Shown here: in pieces, positions 9,001 through 17,757 of the stretch
How positions within the stretch are numbered: position 1 is the first letter of the stretch
Layout: the number at the start of each line of letters is the position of its first letter
Source of the DNA: a virus
Reading direction: 5' to 3' (one strand)
IMG/VR virus record: IMGVR_UViG_3300012231_000004
Location: 1-49,234 of that record
DNA: 49,234 bases
The notes under the pieces: generated by a model
What the model saw: only the letters and a program-made list of their open reading frames with translations
What the model was told of the DNA's origin: nothing
Database searches by the model: none
Translations under genes and position numbers: made by a program

Positions 9001-11653
9001 CACCAAGTCTTACTTCTGATTGTCCATCCCATACCTTTTGAATATACTCTGCTTCAGCTTTCTCTCTAGCTTTTCTTTCCATTCTTTCAAAAGGGTCTTC
9101 ATTAGGTCTAACAGCCATTTCTTTAGGTTCAATATCAGGTCCTCTAAAAGTATCCTGTCCCTTTCTCCATTCCTTTAGAACTTGTTGTTGAACATCCTTT
9201 GGTATCTTCTGGAATTGTTCAATAGGAACATTCAAAGTTCTCTTAATGAAATCAACAGCAGACTCACCTTCAATAGGTTCTGGTTTAGCTTCAATAGGAG
9301 ACTCTACTTTAGGAAGTTCTTTTACTACTTCTTTAGGAACAACAGACGTTTCTACTTCTGGTAGATTCATCCGCTTATTGGCAATATCTGCCATATCAGC
9401 AAACTTAAGAACTCTACCTCTCCAGGTTTCACCCTTCTTTAATTCAGCCTTACCACCAGTAGACAGAACATCTCTATATTCTACATCTTTTGCACCAGTA
9501 GCATCCATCTCTGCTACAATAGCTCTATACCTTTCAGATAAACTTCTGGTAGCTTCATGCTTCTTAATAGTTTCAGCATGAGGATTAACTGGTTCTTCTG
9601 TCTTTGGTTGTTCAACAGGAGGCAATTCCTTTACAACCTGCTTAGGAACAACAGAAGTATCTACCTCTGGAGTAGCAGCAGCTTTAGCAGACCTAGCAGC
9701 TTGAACTGCCTTTTCATAGTTTTCAGCAGCAGTAATCTCTCTCTGTCTAAAATGTTCAATATTAGCTTCTGCTTCTGCAATAGACCTTATTTCTGTTTTA
9801 GTAGCCCAATCTCTTTCCCAATCAACTTGCTCAGGAGGCATCCCTTTAATCTTAGCAAGTTTAGCGACCTTTTCTTTTACAGTCTGACCATGTGCCCAAG
9901 AAACATAAGCTAATCTTTGAGTAGAACCTGGCTTACCTTTCTTTGGCTCAGTAGTAAATAACTTTGGTCCTGTCGGTTCTGCCTTAGCTTTAGGAGTCTT
10001 TGGAGAAGTTAATACAGCACCTTCATTAGTAGGTAGAACATTAGTAATAGAACGAACAGAATCTAAAGATGCCTGTAAGTTAGCTTCTGAGATACCAAGG
10101 GACTTCGCGGTTTTGGCAATATCCATCCCATTGGCATTGAAATCTTCTACTATAATACGAAGTCTAGGAGTAAGACCTTCAAACTCATCTGCTGGTATAG
10201 GTGCTACATTACCTGCTTTGTCTCTAATCTTAAATGTTGGTTGTTCTACCTTTGGTTGAGGCTGTTCAACTTTTGGTTGTGTAATAGGCTCAACAGTAGG
10301 TAGAGTTTTTACTGCTTCTTTAGGAACAACATTTGTCTCTACTTTAGGTAATTCCCTAATAGGTTTCTCAACAGGTAATGGAGCCTCTACTTGGGGAGCA
10401 TTTAGATTAGCCTCAACCCACTTATTTGCCAGGTAATCAGAATTAAATGGACCAGAGGGTCTACGTAATGTTGGACTCTCTACCCAATATTTTCCATCTT
10501 TCTTTAATAAAACTTGGAATCCAGTTTCACTAGGGGCAGGTGGAACTTCTGGTTGTTTTACAGGTTCAACAGGAGCTTCAACAGAAGGTAATGCTCTAAC
10601 CTTTTGCTTAGCTTTCTCAAAAGCATCTACTACTTTCTGTTTAGGAGTAGGAGGAGCTTGTGCAATAGGAGTTACTGGAGGTAATGGTTGTGCTTGTTGT
10701 GGAATAACAGGTGGTTGTTGAATAGGAGTAGGTGGTATAGATGGAACTTGTTGAACAGGCGCAGCAGCTTGTGGAGCAACAGGAGGATTAACTCCCATAT
10801 CAATAGAAGACTTTATCTTATCTCTAATAGAAGTGGCTTCTTCAACAGAGACACCTAATCTCTTCTGAATAGTAGCAACAGATGGAACTCTACTCTTTGG
10901 TTGTCCATTAGCAGGAGCAGTAGGAGGTGGTCCACTTGGAGGAACAACACTAGTATCTACATCAGGAACAACTTTAACATTAGGTTTACCGGCTGGTAAT
11001 GCAGTAGGGTCAATACCTTTAGTTCTAATCTTTGGGTAGGCAGCAAATCCACCACCTAATGCACCACCCATTACTCCGCCCATTACTCCAGCTTCACCTA
11101 CTTGTGGTAAAGATGGTAATTCACCAGTCTCAGCTAATTGTGTTGGAACAGTAGCAGCAGCATTAACAACTCCACCTTCTAATGCTGCTCTACCAGCATA
11201 CTTACCAATTTGTCCCCAAGTAGCACCTGCACCTGGAAACTTACCTAAGAATGGAATAGCACCTACACCAGTTTGAACAGCTACTTGAGCAGGATTAAAC
11301 TCTTTTCTAATACCTCTAACTTTCTCATACCATTCAGCTAATCCTTCTCCAATACCAGCACCAGCAGCACCACCAATAGAACCACCTGCTAATGTTCCAA
11401 CGCCCATAGTAGCAGCGCCAGTAGCAGTTCCACCTACTACTCCACCAACAACAGCAGGAATAGTTCTTAATCCACCAGAAACCCACTTATCTAATGTAGT
11501 AGGTTCTGTAGAAGTATTAACCCGCTTTACTGGAGCAGGCGGAGGAGTAGGTTCAGGTCTGTTTTTAGCAAACCAATCATCTTCTTCCTCTACTTGAGTA
11601 GGGATATAATTCCTGCGAACAGGTTTATTTTGTTCAAACCAATCTTGTGGCAT
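6065..11653 (-). CDS. Giant (1862 aa) internal virion / DNA-ejection protein with Gly-zipper membrane segments, Pro-rich linkers and an HExxH zincin motif
   Basis: Last gene of the late arm, in the T7 gp16 position. Gly-rich hydrophobic runs (AVVGGVVGGTATGAATMGVG; GVMGGVMGGALGGGF). LEHELAHNII encoded at ~8512-8545. A four-fold (E/D)V(E/D)T(S/N)VVP repeat. Confidence 0.6.
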   Translation of the reverse strand: MPQDWFEQNKPVRRNYIPTQVEEEDDWFAKNRPEPTPPPAPVKRVNTSTEPTTLDKWVSGGLRTIPAVVGGVVGGTATGAATMGVGTLAGGSIGGAAGAGIGEGLAEWYEKVRGIRKEFNPAQVAVQTGVGAIPFLGKFPGAGATWGQIGKYAGRAALEGGVVNAAATVPTQLAETGELPSLPQVGEAGVMGGVMGGALGGGFAAYPKIRTKGIDPTALPAGKPNVKVVPDVDTSVVPPSGPPPTAPANGQPKSRVPSVATIQKRLGVSVEEATSIRDKIKSSIDMGVNPPVAPQAAAPVQQVPSIPPTPIQQPPVIPQQAQPLPPVTPIAQAPPTPKQKVVDAFEKAKQKVRALPSVEAPVEPVKQPEVPPAPSETGFQVLLKKDGKYWVESPTLRRPSGPFNSDYLANKWVEANLNAPQVEAPLPVEKPIRELPKVETNVVPKEAVKTLPTVEPITQPKVEQPQPKVEQPTFKIRDKAGNVAPIPADEFEGLTPRLRIIVEDFNANGMDIAKTAKSLGISEANLQASLDSVRSITNVLPTNEGAVLTSPKTPKAKAEPTGPKLFTTEPKKGKPGSTQRLAYVSWAHGQTVKEKVAKLAKIKGMPPEQVDWERDWATKTEIRSIAEAEANIEHFRQREITAAENYEKAVQAARSAKAAATPEVDTSVVPKQVVKELPPVEQPKTEEPVNPHAETIKKHEATRSLSERYRAIVAEMDATGAKDVEYRDVLSTGGKAELKKGETWRGRVLKFADMADIANKRMNLPEVETSVVPKEVVKELPKVESPIEAKPEPIEGESAVDFIKRTLNVPIEQFQKIPKDVQQQVLKEWRKGQDTFRGPDIEPKEMAVRPNEDPFERMERKAREKAEAEYIQKVWDGQSEVRLGADGNDVIHINKPGSYLSPESKAIVEHSPAFKKMGSALRQATNIILDAIERPLADPTDKIGKEMFLIRKRLKRLGFAFTHPSGEQWGVNVSNPRVNFAEHKKIKSIEKMFREMDIDLDTIYQKLNYEFGAFIDLPYMTQLSKGRPDSFIADVINTLEHELAHNIIRDEMSYSHGVRMAAIRRLSADKLPEIIDTLRKGFFDANGQHFPELLEVLQQVKAVPWIPNSNEFFIPGARIGKEGPSNIKGRQGGIEPSIGESKASSVETKEAYVSRVTGLTKEQFNKLPNRTRTAVLAGYGASGGGNKPPTSPKKTESGEPPIPPKKKGVEPATIVGKVGRIFYKKFMEANPKFKEITDRLIKRRSASEIIGKQVRDEFKDEIGHISKDEIVPFQEDVEAGKYPRVREFFDNLHALLESKGAKVGYKENYLPQMWDNTPEEVAAVFGNKTMREKASFQFRSFIDDYAEGIEKGLKPKMKPLELMDWYAQRVNKLIADRAALKSLRKQGYLVQAKNRTSGMQKIESKYGSFEGYYADPSVKAVLENYLGSQEKVGGGIGQALARFSGKMTNLALSSGLVPNKPLFTAHGANMAFPFMSRSFMEGGIKRNLKALKYAWSPEAAGKYLDENAKKAEYLTKRWGYRGQVENPSPGGNLFENTEGIFGKGKEAANKLSELQAKYFEKPLFDKTIPATKLEATWDNFQRNLKKGMTEDEAGKAAVKIGDSFYSGRNLDLMYHNKNFNTFAKIAMAAPDWFRSTVDLGINVPKSMVKILSNPKDPLTQAYAKAGGRMLAIYAAANLAQKAATGKFMWENSTSDQFTMKLGKDVENKKTRGLKIFNNAGDFFKIPMQIAKATVEEGGGAEVLESSLEGRGSPLTHAALAVASGEDYKGEKNIVGTRDRYGRQVPTAERLRNTLSQTINFGPPQAAAPYNYATGRMTGEEAIARVAEAPLKYGKKKKNPFAFEPFTPVPSNRRGKSVWDYGR

Positions 11654-11659
11654 TGTATC

Positions 11660-14029
11660 CTACCTAGCTGGATTCAATTGAACATGCCAAGGTTCGGGAT
11701 TTTTGAATCCACCACCCCAAATTAAACCTTCTTCTTTAATGATTCTACCAATAGAATCCCAAACTTTCTTACTATTAACTTTCTTACCATTCTTATCATA
11801 GACTTCTAAATCTGCTGCTTGCCCAGTTTGATGTTGTGACTTAACCTTTGTTCCATCAGCGGGTGTAACAACTTTACCTGGAGCAGTTCTACCTTGTGCA
11901 AAGAACTTAGCTTGCTCCTCTGGAGTTCTAGTCTTTGCATTAGGTCTAATAGTGTATCCAGTCTCAGCCTGCACTCTCTTAACAATACTAGACATCTTAT
12001 CAGTAAAGGTCTTTTGTGCAGGAACAGCACCCAAATTATTAGGATTCAACCTAATTGGGTTTTCAGTTGGAATATTACCCATTGCTCCAGGACTTAATTC
12101 TACTGGTGGAGCAGGTGGAGTTAATGTAGCATTACCACCAGGTAATCCCATTAAAGGATTTGGAATTGCCATCCTCATTGCAGCTTCCTCTGGATTAGGT
12201 GGTGGAGGAGGTGCAGTAACAGGAGCTACATTAGGAGATAATCTACTAGCTACTTGTCTTGGTAGATTATTATAGTTAGGTGGAGCAGGAGCATGAGAGG
12301 CTCTAGGATTAGATGGAACAAGTAAATCTTTAGTTGGTATATGTGACCCTTGTGGAGCCATAGCATTCATAGAAGGGGCGTTAATAATTCCTCTCTGGTC
12401 TGATGGTAAACCAATACCTGGTTGTTTACGCATTGGACCAGTTAAACCAACATTAGGTCCAGGAGGAAATGGATTACCACCAGTAGGGTCAAATGGATTC
12501 CTAGCAGGTGGAGGAATAGCTGCCGCTGTTGCTGGTAATGGAGCATTAGCTGTTGCTGCAAACTTATTTGGAGCTGGAGCAGCACCTTCTTCATAAGGCT
12601 TAAATGCTGGTGGTTTGAAATTACCTGCTGGAGCACCAGTATTAGCTCCACTAGTAGCAGGAACATTACCACCAGTAGGAGCACCACCACCATCATTAAC
12701 TATTGTAGCACCTTTAGAAAGATAGTGCTGAACTTGAGATTCTGGAACCTGACTAGTTACTCCACTAGGAGAACGCATAGTAACAGTTCCACCGGAAGGA
12801 GAGCCACCAGTAGGACCAATCATACTCCCAAGATTCTTAGAACCAGCAGAAGGGTAGTTCTGAGGATTCTGGTCTTTATCAATAGAATAAGCAATCAGCT
12901 TTCTAACCTTCTCAGTAATAGCAGGGTCGCCAAACCAAGGAGTATAGGCTCTAGGAGTTCCATTATCATCAAACTCTAAGTAATTAGCAGCTGATGGTGG
13001 CAGAGCATTCTCTCCTTGACTCGGGTCCATAGCAACCGCTAAATCTAACATAATACCTTGAGCTATTTTATCAGGAGCAGTCGCGGCATTGGCTCTTAAT
13101 CTATCTTGTGCTGTCTTAATAGATGCTGCTGCTCTAGTATTCGCTACTTCATTCCTACCCTCTACTCCTAATCTAGTTCCTTCTAGAGCATATTCTCCTC
13201 TAGTAACATTAGCCTGATGTTCATAGTAACCTCTAATCTTTTCCTGTCTAGCAAACGTAGATATAGCTGCATCTTCTTGTTCTTTGCTAGTTAGGTCAGT
13301 CTTACCAATCTTCCACTTAGCCTTAGTTCCTTTGTCATAGGCATAGGTATTACCATCATCTTCTTTAATGGTAATAATATTGTCCAATGCCATATTGTGA
13401 ATCTGGGCATCAGTTAACTTATCTGCTCTATTCTCTCCTCTTTCTGCTCTACCTTCTGCCTTATTTAGATAGAATTCTCCATGCTTCTTTTCAAGCTGTT
13501 GCATCTGCCTGTTAATATCAGCTTCTTCCATATTAGCCATATTACCAAGGCCACGAATCTTCTTTTCATATTCATCATCAGCCCTCATTTGAGGACGTTC
13601 ATATGCAGACATTCCTAAATTATAACCAGCAGTAGCACTCTTAGTAGATAATCCTTCTGCTGATGCTGCTAATATAGCACCTAACTTTGCCCAATTACCT
13701 CTTTCAATCTTAGGAGAACCTTCATTAACAGCCTGTTGATAGGCCATTCTATTAGGTCTGTTAGAGTTAATCTTTTCATATTCTTTTGCAAGGTCATATG
13801 GATTCTTATTTGGGTCAGGAACTGCTGGACCTTGTAATCCAGTAATTGGAGTTTCACCCAATGTATTAAGACGGTCTTTAGGCATATTAACACCAAACAT
13901 ACTATCATCCCTTTCAGGAATAATAGGAGGTTCAGGCGCTACAGGAGCTTGCTGGTCCTGATAATCTAAAACATTAGCAGGCAGAAAGTTATTTCTTCTT
14001 CTTTGACGGTATGGGTTAATGGCTGGCAT
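11660..14029 (-). CDS. Internal virion protein (789 aa) with a C-terminal peptidase M15 (VanY / L-Ala-D-Glu peptidase-like) cell-wall hydrolase domain
   Basis: The C-terminus reads FAQGRT...KSQHQTGQAADLEVYD...GGGFKNPEPWHVQL, matching the SxHxxGxAxD ... DxxH zinc-peptidase pattern. The centre is Pro/Ala/Gly-rich. The gene sits in the gp15-like position. Confidence 0.65.
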   Translation of the reverse strand: MPAINPYRQRRRNNFLPANVLDYQDQQAPVAPEPPIIPERDDSMFGVNMPKDRLNTLGETPITGLQGPAVPDPNKNPYDLAKEYEKINSNRPNRMAYQQAVNEGSPKIERGNWAKLGAILAASAEGLSTKSATAGYNLGMSAYERPQMRADDEYEKKIRGLGNMANMEEADINRQMQQLEKKHGEFYLNKAEGRAERGENRADKLTDAQIHNMALDNIITIKEDDGNTYAYDKGTKAKWKIGKTDLTSKEQEDAAISTFARQEKIRGYYEHQANVTRGEYALEGTRLGVEGRNEVANTRAAASIKTAQDRLRANAATAPDKIAQGIMLDLAVAMDPSQGENALPPSAANYLEFDDNGTPRAYTPWFGDPAITEKVRKLIAYSIDKDQNPQNYPSAGSKNLGSMIGPTGGSPSGGTVTMRSPSGVTSQVPESQVQHYLSKGATIVNDGGGAPTGGNVPATSGANTGAPAGNFKPPAFKPYEEGAAPAPNKFAATANAPLPATAAAIPPPARNPFDPTGGNPFPPGPNVGLTGPMRKQPGIGLPSDQRGIINAPSMNAMAPQGSHIPTKDLLVPSNPRASHAPAPPNYNNLPRQVASRLSPNVAPVTAPPPPPNPEEAAMRMAIPNPLMGLPGGNATLTPPAPPVELSPGAMGNIPTENPIRLNPNNLGAVPAQKTFTDKMSSIVKRVQAETGYTIRPNAKTRTPEEQAKFFAQGRTAPGKVVTPADGTKVKSQHQTGQAADLEVYDKNGKKVNSKKVWDSIGRIIKEEGLIWGGGFKNPEPWHVQLNPAR

Positions 14030-14040
14030 TGTAATATCCC

Positions 14041-15438
14041 TTAGTAAGGTCTTTTGCCTAATGCTTCAGGTCCATACTGTGTTAGATTGCTAGTAGGGAA
14101 CTGATATGGACCAGTATTAACTGGACCTAATGCTTTACTAGCAGCTCCACCAGCTAATCCAGCTAATCCACCCATACCAGTAGCAGCGCCTAATCCAGCA
14201 CCAACCATACCACTAATAGCAGAAGCATTTTCCATCGCAGTATTACCACGATTTTGAGTAGCCATACCCAACATCATACCCTGTGTATCATATTTATTGT
14301 TAACCATATTAAGTGCTTGGTTGCCAAAGTTATAAGTAGCATCCAAGTTAGTCTTATATAAATCATTCTGTCCAGTTATACCATATTGTCTATTAGCATC
14401 TTTTTGTTGAGTAAGCCACTTCTCATAATCAGCTTGTTGAGTAGCAGCTTGCTGATTTAGATTTTGACCATAAGCATCAAACTGACCTTTAGCTTGTTCA
14501 AACTGGTCTATTCCACCAGCCTGACCTAATCCCCACTGACCTAATCCAGACTGAGAATCCTGTAATCCTCTAAGTCCCTGTTGCTGATTAGCTGTAATAG
14601 CCTGTTGAGTATTTAATCCTAAGTTGCCAGCAGAACCAGCACCTTGTAATTGATTACCAGTTCTAAGACCAGCTAGCTGCATACCTTGATTAGATAAGAA
14701 TTGACCGGCTCTTTCCTTTCCACCTCTAACAGATTCCTGCAAAGCCATCTCTTGAGCAAGTCTATCTTGGCCTTGCTGTTGAGCACCTTGTCTTGCCATC
14801 TTAAAGTCAACAGCACCAGCATTAGCTAGATTGCCAGTAACGCCACGCTGTCTTTCAAGTTGGTCTTTTAAGGCAGAGAAATAGGCAGGTGAGGAAGCAG
14901 CAGATTTAGCTCTAACTAAAGCCTTATCCTGGTCGGAATAACCACCAGTTCTTTCCTGTTCCAACATAGAGGCACGATTGATATTAGCCTTATCTTCATC
15001 AGTAATACCACCAGTCTTACCAATATCAGACAAAGTATCTACATTACCATATATCTTATCTAACTGGCCTTTATCAAATCCACCACCCTCACCGGCCAGC
15101 TTTCTGAAACCAGCATCAGCTTCAGAATAATCTGGACGATAAGCTCCAGCATAAGCTGAAGACTGTCCGGCTAATGGATTAGTAAACTTATTAGTGCCTG
15201 CTCCTGGGATATTAGCATAAGAAGCACGCATCCGGTCTTCATCTTCTTTAGATACACCAGGACCTGAAGCATAATCGCCATAACCTTTAGCGGTATTGGC
15301 ATAATCATCCGTAGCTCTGCCCCAGGTGGTATCTCCTTTATCAGTTAACTCACCTGTCTTTTTAGTGTATTCAGTTTCAGCTTGGCCTACTTTGCCTTTG
15401 CTGATATTATACAGCTCTTGCTTATCGCCTTTTCCCAT
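14041..15438 (-). CDS. Gln/Gly-rich internal virion protein (465 aa)
   Basis: Low-complexity Q/G/A-rich sequence with a Gly-zipper C-terminus (GMVGAGLGAATGMGGLAGLAGGAA). Sits upstream of the two larger ejection-type proteins. Confidence 0.5.
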   Translation of the reverse strand: MGKGDKQELYNISKGKVGQAETEYTKKTGELTDKGDTTWGRATDDYANTAKGYGDYASGPGVSKEDEDRMRASYANIPGAGTNKFTNPLAGQSSAYAGAYRPDYSEADAGFRKLAGEGGGFDKGQLDKIYGNVDTLSDIGKTGGITDEDKANINRASMLEQERTGGYSDQDKALVRAKSAASSPAYFSALKDQLERQRGVTGNLANAGAVDFKMARQGAQQQGQDRLAQEMALQESVRGGKERAGQFLSNQGMQLAGLRTGNQLQGAGSAGNLGLNTQQAITANQQQGLRGLQDSQSGLGQWGLGQAGGIDQFEQAKGQFDAYGQNLNQQAATQQADYEKWLTQQKDANRQYGITGQNDLYKTNLDATYNFGNQALNMVNNKYDTQGMMLGMATQNRGNTAMENASAISGMVGAGLGAATGMGGLAGLAGGAASKALGPVNTGPYQFPTSNLTQYGPEALGKRPY

Positions 15439-15811
15439 TGTTGTCTAAATCCAGAAATAGAGGTGTGCCTTTGCATACCCCGTAATTGAAGCGTTCTACT
15501 AAAAGCTGGGCAAAGTCAATGTCTTCAACAAAAGAATGAACCATGTCAATGCCACGAGCTTTAGTAATTTCAGTAGACTTTTCTGACAACAACTTTAGGG
15601 ACTTTACTTTTGTAATCTTAGGGCTATCTACTGCTGGAACAAATACTATCTCTACTTGTTTCTTTGTATATCCCCAAGCTACAATTTTTCCTTCGTGCTC
15701 GACAACAAGAACATCTAACATATTCCTGAAGTCTGGAAACGGGAAACTATGGCCTTTATGTATCGTTAATAGTTCAGGCCAATCTGTTACCTTAGCTGGC
15801 CGGACTTCCAT
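15422..15811 (-). CDS. Small GNAT-fold-like protein (possible acetyltransferase)
   Basis: 129 aa. VVVEHEGKIVAWGY ... ITKARGIDMVHSFVEDIDFAQLLVERFNY resembles GNAT beta4-alpha3/alpha4. Sits in the T7 gp13-like position. Confidence 0.3.
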   Translation of the reverse strand: MEVRPAKVTDWPELLTIHKGHSFPFPDFRNMLDVLVVEHEGKIVAWGYTKKQVEIVFVPAVDSPKITKVKSLKLLSEKSTEITKARGIDMVHSFVEDIDFAQLLVERFNYGVCKGTPLFLDLDNNGKRR

Positions 15812-16172
15812 TTTTCATCCAAGCTAAACACTTCAATGCACCACGACTGGACTTACCAATAGACCAAGGGACTTTTGAAATATAATCAAAGAGAATATCA
15901 AACTCAGGGTCATCTACTACTAACTCAAGTGGCAATTTACTATTTTCAACAATATCTAATTCCCTATCCGGCTCCTGACTACCAGCTACTAACTTACCAC
16001 AAGCACAAGGTCTGCTAATAGATTCAATCTTATCTAATAAAGAAATCTCTCTATTGAGGACTGATAATCCCTTTTGAGTATTCTGATTTCCCATGATAAT
16101 CAAACCGTGGAAAATATACTCAAACCGTTCCTTACTTAAATCATCATTATCGAAATGAAAGTGTCTAATCAT
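15792..16172 (-). CDS. Hypothetical virion-module protein
   Basis: 126-aa ORF, co-oriented with and overlapping its neighbours. Confidence 0.5.
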   Translation of the reverse strand: MIRHFHFDNDDLSKERFEYIFHGLIIMGNQNTQKGLSVLNREISLLDKIESISRPCACGKLVAGSQEPDRELDIVENSKLPLELVVDDPEFDILFDYISKVPWSIGKSSRGALKCLAWMKNGSPAS

Positions 16173-16174
16173 TA

Positions 16175-17422
16175 CTAATCCTTTCTACACCAAACTACTG
16201 TTAAATATGGAGGCCAATGGTCAGCCCATCCAGTTTCTCCACTAACTCCATGACTATGATTAGGAGCAGAATCTACACGTCCATATACTTGAACAGTATG
16301 GCTATGGTCCCCTACTCCATCTGTATTTCCACTACCACTAAAACTAAAACTATGAGTATGGCCTGGAGCTGATGCAGATACATCATTCTCCGCGTCAGCC
16401 CTTATATAATCATTAGGCTCTGCGTCTGTTCTTCCACCACCACTAAAGCTAAAACTATGTGAATGTGCTCCTGCACCATCTGATTGATGAGCATTACCAT
16501 AACCGTGGTCATGTCCACCGGCTCCATCTGTTGAAGTGCTAAAGCCATGATAATGATTAGAACTACCACCAGCACTACCATATGAACCAGAACCAATAGG
16601 GAATCTATTATCTAATGCTGCTACTCTAGTCCAACCAGCCGGACAACCTGTATCAAATATAGCAATTAAACCTGGAGGAACTGAAGCTCCAGCAGAACCA
16701 GGAGGCGGTGCCCAAACACCATCACCTCTTAAGAAAACAGCTTGACTACCTGAATAACTTGACCCTAAGAAAGAAGGATGAACAATTCCCTGATTGATAT
16801 TATAACCATTCAGAGCAGTTAAATTAGTTCCAACTCCATAGAGAGCACCAGTAAAGTTATTAGTTCCAGTCCAAGTATTGTTACCATCCTTATAAGCAAC
16901 ATTAGCAGGAAGCTTAGCAGCAGGAACTACACCTTGAATAGCATTAGCATTGACCTGAGAGATACTAATACCAGAATCAAATACTACTCCAGAACCATTA
17001 GAAAGTAATACGGTTCCTACACCACCTAATGATAAAGATGCACCTGTTCCACCCCTAGCTAATGCAATAACGCCAGCTGTAATGTCTGATGCAGAGAAAT
17101 TAACACCAGTAATAGAACCACCAGTAATAGCAACAGCATTACTATTCTGAGTAGCCATGCTGCCAAGTCCAAGATTAGCTCTTGCACCAGCAGCATTAGC
17201 AGCACCAGTTCCACCACCTGCTAAAGATATTAACTTAGGAACCCAAGATGTAAGATTCCATTCCTCAAATATATCAACAGAACGATTGTATCTAATAGCA
17301 TGGTCTGGAAGATTAGTTGGAGCACCATAACCAATAGTTCCAGCATCAGCTATCTTAGCATTCATCTCATCGACAAATGCTATGTAGCCGGATGTAATTG
17401 TTGGAAGATTCCAGTTAGCCAT
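16175..17422 (-). CDS. Tail fibre with GGTGA...ARxNLGL fibre repeats and a His-x-His-rich, tail-collar-like C-terminal tip
   Basis: LAGGGTGAANAAGARANLGLGS and LARGGTGASLSLGG. The C-terminus has six HxH triplets (HYH, HDH, HSH, HTH, HSH, HSH) and ends WPPYLTVVWCRK. Confidence 0.75.
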   Translation of the reverse strand: MANWNLPTITSGYIAFVDEMNAKIADAGTIGYGAPTNLPDHAIRYNRSVDIFEEWNLTSWVPKLISLAGGGTGAANAAGARANLGLGSMATQNSNAVAITGGSITGVNFSASDITAGVIALARGGTGASLSLGGVGTVLLSNGSGVVFDSGISISQVNANAIQGVVPAAKLPANVAYKDGNNTWTGTNNFTGALYGVGTNLTALNGYNINQGIVHPSFLGSSYSGSQAVFLRGDGVWAPPPGSAGASVPPGLIAIFDTGCPAGWTRVAALDNRFPIGSGSYGSAGGSSNHYHGFSTSTDGAGGHDHGYGNAHQSDGAGAHSHSFSFSGGGRTDAEPNDYIRADAENDVSASAPGHTHSFSFSGSGNTDGVGDHSHTVQVYGRVDSAPNHSHGVSGETGWADHWPPYLTVVWCRKD

Positions 17423-17757
17423 TAGTTTTCCGTTACTAACTTATCAGGTGGCATTAAAATAGTTGGTCTAGGTGCTTCAGGTTGTAATGGCCCTGCTGGT
17501 GGTGGTATTTCTGGTAATAGATTTTTCTTTTTCTTTTCAATATAAGCCTCTATTACTTCTGGAGTCCATACTACACCAGCTACATCTCTAACTCTTTGCG
17601 GTTTACCTTCTAAATCATCACCAGGATTGGAGACATATCTATTATAAGTTCTAGAAATCTCTACTAGATTTTCATATATAACAGTATCCTCACGGACTTG
17701 CATTTCTCCACCTTGAAGTATTGTAATGAGGCCAAGTTCTATTTTCTTTTCTAACAT
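17422..17757 (-). CDS. Hypothetical protein (Pro-rich C-terminus), possible fibre-associated
   Basis: 111-aa ORF whose start and stop abut the flanking fibre genes. Confidence 0.45.
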   Translation of the reverse strand: MLEKKIELGLITILQGGEMQVREDTVIYENLVEISRTYNRYVSNPGDDLEGKPQRVRDVAGVVWTPEVIEAYIEKKKKNLLPEIPPPAGPLQPEAPRPTILMPPDKLVTEN

